DNA of 64,000 nt from Meyerozyma guilliermondii (Eukaryota), in the NCBI GenBank assembly GCA_051546255.1, contig CP128815.1:806001-870000 (forward strand). Direction: 5' to 3'. The translations under genes were made by a program, and so were the position numbers. Below are positions 1 through 9,994 of this stretch, piece by piece. Position 1 is the first letter of the stretch. Every line of letters begins with the position of its first letter. A model generated the notes under the pieces. That model did not search any database, was not told the origin of the DNA, and worked only from the letters and a program-made list of their open reading frames with translations.

Positions 1-2
1 TT

Positions 3-3000
3 AGAAATGACCTTATTATAGAAGATAGACATTATCAAGGGCTAGAGAACTACTATTCACCAGACGAAACCTCGAAAGAAGAAGAACCAGAATATGAAAG
101 TGACCGATGGATATCTTTATCTCATCGAAGTATACTGGTACTTGCCGACTCACCCATCGATTTATCTCAGTATACTGAGTTCAACCCTAACAACTTTTCA
201 ACCTTAGAGCAAGACATTTATGAGCTCAAAACGAACCATATCAAACTAAGCGCGGATAAGACGGGAGAGTTGCTTTATCTCAATTCTACAACACTTCCTT
301 CACTTCGATCCGATACCCTTTTGTCATTAAATTTCACACACAAAGACCTAATTCCTATCAAAGCAGAACTTGATATTTTGTGTCTTCCTGCCTCCCGTTT
401 AAAGTATCCTCATATAGACGTCAAAGGACCTCACTTTCAATTGACTTTCAATGTCCCTGACAACAAAATCACTATAAACTTCGATTATCATATCAGCATT
501 AGGGAGTCAATAACGTCATTCTTTCCCCCTGAAATTCTGAACAAATTTTCACCATTGATACTGCTAGTATCCACTACTAGACCAACTCAATTTGAAGCTT
601 CTCATCAATATGAGCAACTAGCTGACGAGCCGATCAACCCAGAATTGTTTTATAAAACGGTTGCTACTCACGCATCGAGGTTACCGCCGGTTACGCAGGA
701 CTTTGATATTCCAGAGCTTGAAACCAACTTACTCCCATTTCAGAAGAAAACGGTGGGGTGGCTCTTACAACGAGAAAATGTTGTGTATGACTGGGAGACG
801 AACCGATGTATTCCGGTGAAACTTATTTCTGATTCCTTTTATGCCAGTTTAGAGGCAGTGTTGAAGGATGGAAGTACTACAGGCGAAGAAATTGATAACC
901 AAACCTCGGAATTTTTAAACAAAATATGTTTCGGGTGGATTCGAATAACTTTTCATGAAGAAACTTTCTGGTTTAATAGCTTCACGGGCAATTTGTGCTC
1001 GTCCAAAAGAATGTGTCAACATTTAGTGACAACATACCAGTACCTCGAACTGAAAAGGCAACAATATTCACCAGCGAAAGGTTTATTGGCGGAAGAGATG
1101 GGATTAGGGAAGACCGTAGAGGTCGCTGCCTTGAGTCTATTGCATAGACGTTCCCTAGAAGATCTCAACGAACCAATAGAGATTAGATTACGTTCATATG
1201 GTGATCTCAAGACTGTCATTAAGGCCAAAACCACTTTGGTGGTTGCTCCTGATTCTATATTAAAGCAGTGGGTCGAGGAAGTAATGCGCTTAGCTCCTTC
1301 GTTGGCTGTCACAGTTTATCAAGGAGTTGACAAGTACCCCCGGTTGAGAGGAAATGCAGGTATGATTGCGGAATATCTTCGTCGATTCGATATTGTGTTC
1401 ACGACTTACACCATGATTTCAAAAGAGCTCGACTATGCTTTATACTCTGCTCGTAACAAACCTACACGAACAGCATCCAAACGAAAATCCATGGTGAATG
1501 AGGCGGTTGACTCTAAGCTGTCTGTGGATCCAGGAAGAGAGGAACTTCTTCAAAAATACACTGCCATGTTTCAACTTACTATTAGAACCGAGAAACCAAA
1601 AGTTGCAAATCTAAAGTCGGGTGATGACGCAGAGACAGATTACGAAAAGGCATTGCAAGATGAGCTAGAACTTTCTATCGAGCATAACAACATACCTGAC
1701 ATTTACAGAAACCAAGAATACCAGTCTCCGTTGATGTTATCTCAATTTTGGAGAGTTGTATTAGATGAGGTTCAAATGGTGTCTTCGAAGTTTTCCCGGG
1801 CGTTTCAAAGTGCTGCCCTAATTCCACGATTTCATGCCTGGGGTGTATCAGGAACTCCCATTAAAAAAGATTTCAATGATTTGCATTCCATTCTCAAGTT
1901 TTTGAAGCTCGATCCTTTTGTGGGTGAGTTAGCGAAAAACTCGTGGGCTAGAATAACTTCGAAATATGAGCCAAACGCTAACGAATCTTTCGTGTCGCTC
2001 TGGTCACAAATTGGGATTCGTCACACCAAAGACATGGTACATGATGATATTCAATTGCCTGAGCAGCGGAGAATTCTCATGACAGTTCCGTTTTCTTTGG
2101 TTGAACAAGAAAACTATAATCAACTTTTTGAGGATTTCCTCGCCTCTGTTTGTCTTGACATAAATGGGAATCCTGTTCTTGAGGACTGGGATCCATCGCC
2201 AACAATTTTAGCTTATATGCGTTCTTGGCTCGTGAGGTTAAGACAAGTTTGCAGCAATCCTCAGATTGGAAACCTAAATCTCAATTCAAAGCGCTACCGC
2301 TCAAGGAATTCATCCTACAATAATCGTATTGTTGCAACAGTACAGCAATTAAAGACTTTAGATAAGGTCTTGGATGATATGTTGGAGAAGGCTTCTGACC
2401 AGATCACCGAAGCTGAAAGATCGATAATTCTGACTTATGTTGAGGTGGGACAATTTTTGGAGTTCATCTTACTTCCCGAAGATGCATTAGGCTTTCTAAG
2501 TGTCGGTTCCTATGAAGCAGAAAAGGTGATTCATCGGTTGAAGCTCGTTCTAAAGAAGACTGCCTCGAAGTATCAAGAACTACGCAAGCGAGAGAACCTC
2601 ACTCCTCTTGACGATGACGACGATTTCGACACAATAGACGAGTCAGAATCTTCCGCAAGTAAGAAGAAACATGAAGGTAGTGAGATCATTTTCAAGTACG
2701 AGGAGCAAATACGCACCATTCGTATGAAGATTAGATCATGGTTGACGTTGTTGCACAAATTCTACTTTCTTATTGCGTCGTGCCATTTTCAGTGCTATGA
2801 TGCTGAGTATGGTGAAAAGATTGAAAAACTACAATTAAAGTCATTTAAGGTATCCAGTCTGCTATATCGTATCAAGGAAAATGATTTCACGGACGAGGTG
2901 GCCTCTTTCATTAGTGAAATTCCTCAAGAGCAACTTCAAACAAGTCCAAGGACAACCTCAGATGTCAAGGGTAATAAAGAAGAGACACACCGTGCTTTAG

Positions 3001-5042
3001 AACAGCAGTATTACGATTTTGCGGAACACACCCGGCAGGATCTTTTAAAGGGATCCATTAAATCAGTCGAGAAGGTTGTCAAACTGAGAATTACAAACAG
3101 AGGGTGGTATGATGACAATGGAAAGCTAAAGGAGGACAACGGGGATGTTTTGCTTCCTAAAACTTCTCGTAAGTTTTTCCGGTTTGCTCCTACTATCAAC
3201 GTTAGCCATTTGAAGGATGAAACTGTCGGCATAAGACAAACACTTTATTTTGACAAGGTGAAAAGAATCAGCGATCAACTCAATGCACAGGCTTTGGTGA
3301 TTAATAAGTGGATGTCAACGCTTGTGGAAATTCTTTGCAAACCTCTTGTGAGCCACGACAAAGATCCCAATGGTGAAGAATACGAACAATCCATTGTGGA
3401 TCAAGACTTGGCATCGTGTTACTTGCATGCTTTGACACAAATTTTGCTGGATAGAGGTGAATCTGTTAATGGAAATGAAAATGCCACGAAAATTACCACT
3501 ATACAAAAGAGCCAGGAAAAAAAGGAGTTTGAGCTAGAAGCAAGCAGAGTCCATGACAAAGATTTTTTGGAACAGTTACAGGCCGAGAGACTCGCAGTCA
3601 AAGTCAACGTTCGAAGCTCCTTGCAGGAGCTTGTTTTAGAGTTGAGACAACTAGAGAACGAAACAGAGGGTGAAGAAATCTTGGATCGTGAAGCCACTCA
3701 AGTGTATCATGAAATGTTAAACTCAATGGGGCAGAAGATCCGAAACATTTTCGAGAACCAAAAGCTTGCCTTGGTGCTTTTACAAAGAGAACTCAACTTG
3801 TCTTGTAATGCAGTATTCAATTCGAGAATTGACTACTTCAAGCAGCTTCAGTTGATTTCTGACAGTGTCAAGACGAAGCACTTTAGCATGGATCAAGAAG
3901 CACTTGATCTTAAGTTGGTTCAACGCCAACAGCAGAGCTATATCAATCTTTCTTCCAATTTGAGCATCAAAAAAGGTAAGGCTATAGCCAAGTTTCGGTA
4001 CCTCAAATCGTTATCCGGAGGCACAATGTCCAATGAACCCAAAAATAATGAAGAATTGATGTGTATTATATGTCGTTCTACAATCACTATCGGGTCTTTG
4101 ACTCAGTGTGGACACAAGTACTGCAAGGAATGTTTGGAACGGTGGCTAGTCACTCTGAAGACATGTCCCTTGTGTAAGACTGCCATTAATGCATCGACAG
4201 TATACAATTTCACACATTATAAGCCCGACTTGAAAGCCAACAAAATCGCAGATCGACACAAACCAGCCAAAAATCTACATTCCATTTATCATCCTGTTGA
4301 CAATGTGGTAGTTGAAGATATTCAGAATATTGAACTCAAGAACTTTTACAGTTCGAAAGTAGATACCATTGTGAGACATGTTTTATATCTCAGGAGTCAG
4401 AATCCTCGAGTTCAGATTGTTATTTTCAGTCAATGGCAAGATCTCTTGTACATTTTAGGCACAGCTTTCAAGGCTGCGGACATATCTTACTTGGGATCTT
4501 ATGGAACTCTCACACCAGAAGTTGGCTCGGGTCGTCGTCGTAACAAGTATGATAGTGTTGAGGAGTTTAAGGATCCAAGCAATAACATTACATGTTTTTT
4601 GTTAAACGCCAAAGCACAAGCAAGTGGGTTGACCTTGATCAATGCCACCCACATATTTTTGTGTGAACCATTGGTGAATGCATCTTTGGAGTTGCAAGCA
4701 ATTTCCCGTATTCATAGAATTGGCCAAACCAAAGTCACCACCGTATGGTTGTTTGCTATTGAAAACACGGTTGAGGAGAGTATTTTGTTGATGTCGACGA
4801 ATAAGAGACTTGGCTATTTGGAGTCCAAAGACGGCGACATAGCTGGGAGAATTTCGCAATCATCAGAGCGAGATTTGACGAAGGCTGAATCTATGGCACT
4901 AATGACCAGTGGAGGAATTGACACGATGATTAATAAGGGGAATGGAGAGGGAGAAACTGTCACGAATAACGACTTATGGAGCGCCTTCTTTTGTGCACAA
5001 ACAAATGAATCATCAAAGGCAGGTTTCAAACTAGGGACATAA
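3..5042 (+). CDS. IRC20: SNF2-family helicase / RING E3 ubiquitin ligase (SHPRH/Irc20-like), 5'-partial
   Basis: Walker A LAEEMGLGKT, Walker B VVLDEVQ, SGTP motif III, C3HC4 RING (CIIC...CGHKYCKEC...CPLC) and C-terminal helicase motifs (QAISRIHRIGQ). The frame is open from position 3, so the true start lies upstream of the window. Confidence 0.85.
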   Translation, partial: RNDLIIEDRHYQGLENYYSPDETSKEEEPEYESDRWISLSHRSILVLADSPIDLSQYTEFNPNNFSTLEQDIYELKTNHIKLSADKTGELLYLNSTTLPSLRSDTLLSLNFTHKDLIPIKAELDILCLPASRLKYPHIDVKGPHFQLTFNVPDNKITINFDYHISIRESITSFFPPEILNKFSPLILLVSTTRPTQFEASHQYEQLADEPINPELFYKTVATHASRLPPVTQDFDIPELETNLLPFQKKTVGWLLQRENVVYDWETNRCIPVKLISDSFYASLEAVLKDGSTTGEEIDNQTSEFLNKICFGWIRITFHEETFWFNSFTGNLCSSKRMCQHLVTTYQYLELKRQQYSPAKGLLAEEMGLGKTVEVAALSLLHRRSLEDLNEPIEIRLRSYGDLKTVIKAKTTLVVAPDSILKQWVEEVMRLAPSLAVTVYQGVDKYPRLRGNAGMIAEYLRRFDIVFTTYTMISKELDYALYSARNKPTRTASKRKSMVNEAVDSKLSVDPGREELLQKYTAMFQLTIRTEKPKVANLKSGDDAETDYEKALQDELELSIEHNNIPDIYRNQEYQSPLMLSQFWRVVLDEVQMVSSKFSRAFQSAALIPRFHAWGVSGTPIKKDFNDLHSILKFLKLDPFVGELAKNSWARITSKYEPNANESFVSLWSQIGIRHTKDMVHDDIQLPEQRRILMTVPFSLVEQENYNQLFEDFLASVCLDINGNPVLEDWDPSPTILAYMRSWLVRLRQVCSNPQIGNLNLNSKRYRSRNSSYNNRIVATVQQLKTLDKVLDDMLEKASDQITEAERSIILTYVEVGQFLEFILLPEDALGFLSVGSYEAEKVIHRLKLVLKKTASKYQELRKRENLTPLDDDDDFDTIDESESSASKKKHEGSEIIFKYEEQIRTIRMKIRSWLTLLHKFYFLIASCHFQCYDAEYGEKIEKLQLKSFKVSSLLYRIKENDFTDEVASFISEIPQEQLQTSPRTTSDVKGNKEETHRALEQQYYDFAEHTRQDLLKGSIKSVEKVVKLRITNRGWYDDNGKLKEDNGDVLLPKTSRKFFRFAPTINVSHLKDETVGIRQTLYFDKVKRISDQLNAQALVINKWMSTLVEILCKPLVSHDKDPNGEEYEQSIVDQDLASCYLHALTQILLDRGESVNGNENATKITTIQKSQEKKEFELEASRVHDKDFLEQLQAERLAVKVNVRSSLQELVLELRQLENETEGEEILDREATQVYHEMLNSMGQKIRNIFENQKLALVLLQRELNLSCNAVFNSRIDYFKQLQLISDSVKTKHFSMDQEALDLKLVQRQQQSYINLSSNLSIKKGKAIAKFRYLKSLSGGTMSNEPKNNEELMCIICRSTITIGSLTQCGHKYCKECLERWLVTLKTCPLCKTAINASTVYNFTHYKPDLKANKIADRHKPAKNLHSIYHPVDNVVVEDIQNIELKNFYSSKVDTIVRHVLYLRSQNPRVQIVIFSQWQDLLYILGTAFKAADISYLGSYGTLTPEVGSGRRRNKYDSVEEFKDPSNNITCFLLNAKAQASGLTLINATHIFLCEPLVNASLELQAISRIHRIGQTKVTTVWLFAIENTVEESILLMSTNKRLGYLESKDGDIAGRISQSSERDLTKAESMALMTSGGIDTMINKGNGEGETVTNNDLWSAFFCAQTNESSKAGFKLGT

Positions 5043-5070
5043 AATTAATAGAACCAATATACAAGTATTA

Positions 5071-5826
5071 CTAAAGACCCAAGTAAGTCCTGTCATCATA
5101 AGTCAGGTAGATTCTTCCGCTCTGTACCAACTCCTGGCATTCGTTTTCGACGCTGTCATCAGTGGCGTTGACTTTCTGGGCAATTAATTGGAGGGGGACA
5201 CCTTCTTGCATTGAGGGAGTGAGTTCATTAATAACCTGAAGCACTCTTTCCTGTAACGAATCACCTCCTCCATTTTCAGAAACAAATAGTCCATTTTCGT
5301 TCTCTGGCTTCCTACGCACGTGCAAGCCCTGTGCCTTCAAGTGGTGGCTGATGGCACTCAAGTGGTGATATATAACTTGATTATGGTCCAGTATGGGTCG
5401 AATGGTAGCCTGTTGTATTCCCTTCTTGTTGTTGAACTCTTTCAATGCTCCGCTCACGCTAACATACTGGTTCAAGTACAGCGAGTATTTCTCTGCTTCG
5501 GCAGCAGACGCGGTTTCATCAGTCCACTTACGCACCTCCATCGAACCAGAACCATCTTCAATCGTAAGATTCACGGCCGAGGCATTCGTGTCCACCTTTC
5601 TGAGCACTCCAATCACACGAACCATGTTCAACTCCACGTTATTGATGCGGAAATCAAGATCTGGTCCCAAAGCCACTGCCTGGATCACTTGTTTTATCGT
5701 CACGGGAGTAATACTTGAACGAGTTTGTTGCGGCTTTTGAGACCCATCTACGTCTGCCTGGAACCCTCCCGTTGCAGTATCGGAAAATCCGCCATCTCCA
5801 AAGTTTCCGTATCCTAAATCGGTCAT
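5071..5826 (-). CDS. RFA2: Replication protein A 32-kDa subunit
   Basis: Gly-rich N-terminus, OB fold (TPVTIKQ...IEDGSGSMEVRKW) and C-terminal winged helix (GRIY.TYDD). Confidence 0.9.
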   Translation of the reverse strand: MTDLGYGNFGDGGFSDTATGGFQADVDGSQKPQQTRSSITPVTIKQVIQAVALGPDLDFRINNVELNMVRVIGVLRKVDTNASAVNLTIEDGSGSMEVRKWTDETASAAEAEKYSLYLNQYVSVSGALKEFNNKKGIQQATIRPILDHNQVIYHHLSAISHHLKAQGLHVRRKPENENGLFVSENGGGDSLQERVLQVINELTPSMQEGVPLQLIAQKVNATDDSVENECQELVQSGRIYLTYDDRTYLGL

Positions 5827-5853
5827 GGCTATTTCTACTTAAAATGAGTATCT

Positions 5854-5870
5854 ACGCGGCTGCGAACGCG
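5854..5870. promoter_or_regulatory. Two MCB-core (ACGCG) elements upstream of RFA2
   Basis: ACGCG at 5854-5858 and 5866-5870, within 45 bp of the RFA2 ATG. RFA2 is a known G1/S (MBF-regulated) gene. Confidence 0.45.
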
Positions 5871-5964
5871 CTTGGTGAAGTTTCCTGCACCGAGCCCCAT
5901 ATATACCACTGTGACTAGTTGCTACTGCCACTAGCATTTCGCAAAGTAATGAACCTTTGATTCT

Positions 5965-8274
5965 ATGGACGCCAATATCGATCCGTCCATAGGCGAACAA
6001 GAACTCTACGAGGTGTCGAGTGCCAGTAGACAGCCTGAACCCAATCTGGTAGACCATGAAGACACGTCCATCACCAACGTTTTAAGGTTAAATGAATACG
6101 TGAATGCGCCCCACGAAGACTCCGTAGCCAGCCACGATGAAGCTTCCAATACTTCTGGCATACATATGATGAGTTTTGATTTGGAAAATCATCCCGATGC
6201 TCAATTACGAACCACTGCTTACGAAAACTACCACAGACAAGTGCCCCAAAATGTGATATCTGAAGCCATTGCTAATTCTGAGACACCCTTGGCTTCGGAA
6301 ATACCAGCTGTGAAGCTAGTGGAGTACAATCCTGCTGAAAAAACGAAAAGATTAGGGCGTCCTCGCAAGAATATGGAGGCTCTTGTAGAGCCATCGCCTG
6401 CTGATTCTTCAGCTAAAAACCACTACGAGGCCAAAATTTCAAAGTTTCGGTTGGACCATATCCCTGTGGAGGGCCCTGGCTCTCGTGGTGGCAAGCAAGG
6501 TGCAAGAAATCTGCCTCGTGGTCGTATTACTCTGGGCACAATCAAGAAGAGAAAGCAGGCTTTACTCAATTTTCCTTCTATTCAAACTGACAAAGCAAAA
6601 TCAGAAACTGAGGCTGATCGCAGTGGATCTGATACAAAAGACGAAGATCTGTCTTCACCAGCGAACAATCCTGAAGTGTCTTCATCAGCCATACCTCCTA
6701 AGGACGATGCAACAAACCTTCAATCTGAAACAAAGACCAATCCCATAACGAAAAAACGTAAACTTCAAACCCGCACTTTGACCTCTACTGGTCGAACAAC
6801 TGTTCTCAACAATCGTCAAAAAACTGCCAAACAGCTAGTGGGGCCGTTGGTAGGTCTCTATTATGACCTTTACGATGAAAATATTATGGACGCTAGCCAA
6901 AATAGCAAAGCTACAGAGGAAAAGCTAGCATTGGGATTCCCTGTTACGCCTTCACCGTATGCATCTGACATTCTTTATCTTGTATCATATCTTCAAAAAT
7001 TCAAGGATGTAATATTTGTGGGCTACTTGGGCCCTCAGGATTTCGAAAAAGGTTTGGGACTCGATGGGGATCAGCACGTTAGTGAGGAGATGGAATCTTT
7101 ATTTTGTAAACTAGCGGCACTCATTCTCAACAGAAAGAGGGAAATTCCACTCACTTCACAGAAGCAAGCTATAAACGATTTAAAGACTATTTCTACATCA
7201 TTGGGACTTCCAAACAAGTGGTCTGGTTCTTCAGCAATTCTCAAGCCAGAAGTTAGTGAAGTCGAATACGAAACTCTCGATCCCAAGAACCCGGAAATTC
7301 GACTTGAAGAAATCAACGTTTATCCTCAACCCTCCATTGGAAGCAACCCTTTTTATGACCAGCCAGATTTCGAAAGCTTAGGATTAAACGGCCTCAAAGA
7401 TCCATTTGACAGACTCACAATGTTGGTCACAATGGCTGAGTGGAGTCTCATAGCTTCTGATTCGATGAAAAATTACATCACGAGCGAGCTCAAAAACCAT
7501 GATATTGTAGTTGACAAAGAAACAAGCTATGCTCTGCATTATGTTTTAAAAGGCTACGAACATGCCGAGACGGCCAAACGACAATTGGACAAGAAGAATT
7601 CCAAGAAACAGAAGGATGATTCTCCAGCTTTTATGGACCCCACCTCAGACCCGTTGTTGCATCCTTTGCGTCTCAGACTCGATGAGCTTTTGGTGGGCGA
7701 TTGTGGCTTCAACATTGGCCGCTTTTATTTGTGCTGGATGGCAGAAGGAGACAATGGAGGTCTCTCCAATTTACGCCGGTTCAAGAGTGTACGAAACAAC
7801 ATTAATGAGTTGCCGAATCGGCTCCCCTCTCGCTTCAAACTTTACGTTGAAGATGTATATAAAATGTTGGCTCAATCTCTCGCTACGTACGGAGTTTCAT
7901 TTGAAAACGGAGAAGAAGTTGCTCAACCTGTCGATGAAGGTCCAATATGGTTTGAGGTAGCAAACGATGTGGTGCTGCTTAAAAAGTTCACGGATCATTT
8001 GGCTCTCAAATTGGGTATAAGGCCAGGCCTAGAAGACCCTATCACTTCCAGTTCCATGCTTTTTAAGCCAGTTATGAACTTGCTTCTGCAATTGTCGACT
8101 ATCACCAAGTTGCTCGAAAGGTTTGAAGGGTTGAGTAACAGTACTCGCTCCACCCGTAGAACTGTTGATTATAATGAGCAACCCGCAGACGGTGAAGAAG
8201 AGCCTGAGTCTGATGAAGGTGAAGTATTCGTGCAACAAATTCCAGACACAGACGACGAAGATTATGAAGAATGA
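5965..8274 (+). CDS. ISWI chromatin-remodelling complex subunit, Ioc3/Esc8-like
   Basis: AT-hook (KRLGRPRK), disordered N-terminus, DDT/WHIM-like helical region (ILYLVSYLQKF...LGPQDFEKGL...LILNRK) and acidic tail. Confidence 0.6.
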   Translation: MDANIDPSIGEQELYEVSSASRQPEPNLVDHEDTSITNVLRLNEYVNAPHEDSVASHDEASNTSGIHMMSFDLENHPDAQLRTTAYENYHRQVPQNVISEAIANSETPLASEIPAVKLVEYNPAEKTKRLGRPRKNMEALVEPSPADSSAKNHYEAKISKFRLDHIPVEGPGSRGGKQGARNLPRGRITLGTIKKRKQALLNFPSIQTDKAKSETEADRSGSDTKDEDLSSPANNPEVSSSAIPPKDDATNLQSETKTNPITKKRKLQTRTLTSTGRTTVLNNRQKTAKQLVGPLVGLYYDLYDENIMDASQNSKATEEKLALGFPVTPSPYASDILYLVSYLQKFKDVIFVGYLGPQDFEKGLGLDGDQHVSEEMESLFCKLAALILNRKREIPLTSQKQAINDLKTISTSLGLPNKWSGSSAILKPEVSEVEYETLDPKNPEIRLEEINVYPQPSIGSNPFYDQPDFESLGLNGLKDPFDRLTMLVTMAEWSLIASDSMKNYITSELKNHDIVVDKETSYALHYVLKGYEHAETAKRQLDKKNSKKQKDDSPAFMDPTSDPLLHPLRLRLDELLVGDCGFNIGRFYLCWMAEGDNGGLSNLRRFKSVRNNINELPNRLPSRFKLYVEDVYKMLAQSLATYGVSFENGEEVAQPVDEGPIWFEVANDVVLLKKFTDHLALKLGIRPGLEDPITSSSMLFKPVMNLLLQLSTITKLLERFEGLSNSTRSTRRTVDYNEQPADGEEEPESDEGEVFVQQIPDTDDEDYEE

Positions 8275-8297
8275 GTCTTCACTATATAATACACACA

Positions 8298-9719
8298 CTA
8301 GATTCTGTTGGCCCCGAGCATGATATCTATCTTTTCCTTCAATAGTTCATCATTTTTCTCGTAGTAATCAGCCCTTCTGACAGTTTGCTCGTGGAAACCC
8401 TCGTCACTCTTCAAAGCCCTAAGAGTTTCCAGCTGGCTCTCGACCCATTGTTTCATAAAGTTGACTGGATCCGAACTCAAATCTCTATAAAAGTTCTCGC
8501 GGTAATTGGCTTGCTGTAACGCAACAACTCCTAAAGCAATTTTGTGATTCAAGGTTTGGATTTCTGCATCTGATTTTGTGAGCGATTCATAGGCCTGTTT
8601 GTTACGCTCGACATTTTGCTTTTGGATGGAACTGAGTGAAAGAGGAAGTTCAACGGGAATATCCACCACAAGGTCTCCCAAAGTCGTTGACTTTTTCGTG
8701 TTGACGGTGTAGTCCAAAATTATTGGTTTTCTGGGTTTGAAGTGACTGTAAAGAAGTTTGTAGAGGTCGGTAAATCGGAAGTTGGGAACCTTAAGAAGCT
8801 CTGAGAGGTACTCATCGCATTCCACGACGGTCAAGTCATTTGTGGTGTCGTCTGGTCTGTTCATTCCGTTCATAGACGAGTCTGTTGGAGCAGCAGGTAC
8901 GTTTGACAAGGAATCGTTCCATTTGAACAACCTTTTGAAGAGAGCATATTGCCATACCGCATATAGTAATTCCTGTTGAGTAGCCTCTTCCTTTCCAATA
9001 AATTGTGCCATCTCGGGACTGAGACCAAGTCTTGAATTATCTGACTTTATCAAAAGTGCAATTTTGGCTTCGAGATCATACATTCCGTTTCTCTTCACGT
9101 CCAACCCGTCAAATTCCAGCAGCCTATTAGAAGCGTTATTGGAGTACATGTTCTCCATTTGCTGCTGGGATGTGTCTCTCCATTCGATGATATTGGACTG
9201 CGCTGCTTGCATTTCTGGATAGTCGTCGTTGGGCACCAAATCAACTGACAATCCCGACAAAAACGAGCTAAACTTCAAGTTCAGATTTTCCTGTGTCAGT
9301 GTCAGGGATTTGTCGTCACGCAAAAGTTTCCCCTCTACACGAAGTGTCCACGAAGGTTCGCCGGCATTGTCAGCCGTAATGTCTCCACGTTCTTGGGCCA
9401 GCTGTTTCTGCCATGGTTGGTTACTACAAGTATTGTAAATAAACACACGTAAAATTCCGGTTTCTCGTGGAAAGTTGGATGGTTGAATGGATTTGGAGTG
9501 GATGGATTGAAAATCAAGCCCTTTTCTAACATTTACAAGGTCAATTTGACGCTCGGCATCTTTAAGCTTTTTGTACATGTCCAAGTTGGGTACCTTGTCA
9601 TACAATTTAGGAGGAATGGAGGTGTCTGTGGGAGTGTATGAGATGCTAGATGTAGCACTCGGGTTGGGCCTGGGTTTCCCAGGCACCGTCAGCGTCTGGC
9701 TGGGATACTGGGCAGACAT
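8298..9719 (-). CDS. SNF12: SWI/SNF-RSC SWIB-domain subunit (Snf12/Rsc6, BAF60 family)
   Basis: YTPTD..IP, LRVFIYNT, WTLRVEG, FDGLDVKR and a SWIB region. First ATG is at 9719 (MSAQYP); the ORF-track start is a TTG. Confidence 0.85.
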   Translation of the reverse strand: MSAQYPSQTLTVPGKPRPNPSATSSISYTPTDTSIPPKLYDKVPNLDMYKKLKDAERQIDLVNVRKGLDFQSIHSKSIQPSNFPRETGILRVFIYNTCSNQPWQKQLAQERGDITADNAGEPSWTLRVEGKLLRDDKSLTLTQENLNLKFSSFLSGLSVDLVPNDDYPEMQAAQSNIIEWRDTSQQQMENMYSNNASNRLLEFDGLDVKRNGMYDLEAKIALLIKSDNSRLGLSPEMAQFIGKEEATQQELLYAVWQYALFKRLFKWNDSLSNVPAAPTDSSMNGMNRPDDTTNDLTVVECDEYLSELLKVPNFRFTDLYKLLYSHFKPRKPIILDYTVNTKKSTTLGDLVVDIPVELPLSLSSIQKQNVERNKQAYESLTKSDAEIQTLNHKIALGVVALQQANYRENFYRDLSSDPVNFMKQWVESQLETLRALKSDEGFHEQTVRRADYYEKNDELLKEKIDIMLGANRI

Positions 9720-9994
9720 GGTGGAGAAATTGTTTTGGAGAGTTGAGAATTGAGAACGCGACAAGTATGCAGTACGTCGATGGTAGTAATGTAGGGTAGT
9801 TTGTGGTTTATACTCATTTTCTGTGCTGTGACAAATGTGTTCCTAGCCACTCGTGAATTTTTATTTGTAGTTCCTTGTACTTTTAACAAAGAAAATTAGT
9901 CAAAATTCGATTCCCCTCTTACCGTTATCTGAAACCGGTGTACTGCATGTCGCATGTCGCAGCCAATTTCCAACAAGCCGCAAATTAGCACACC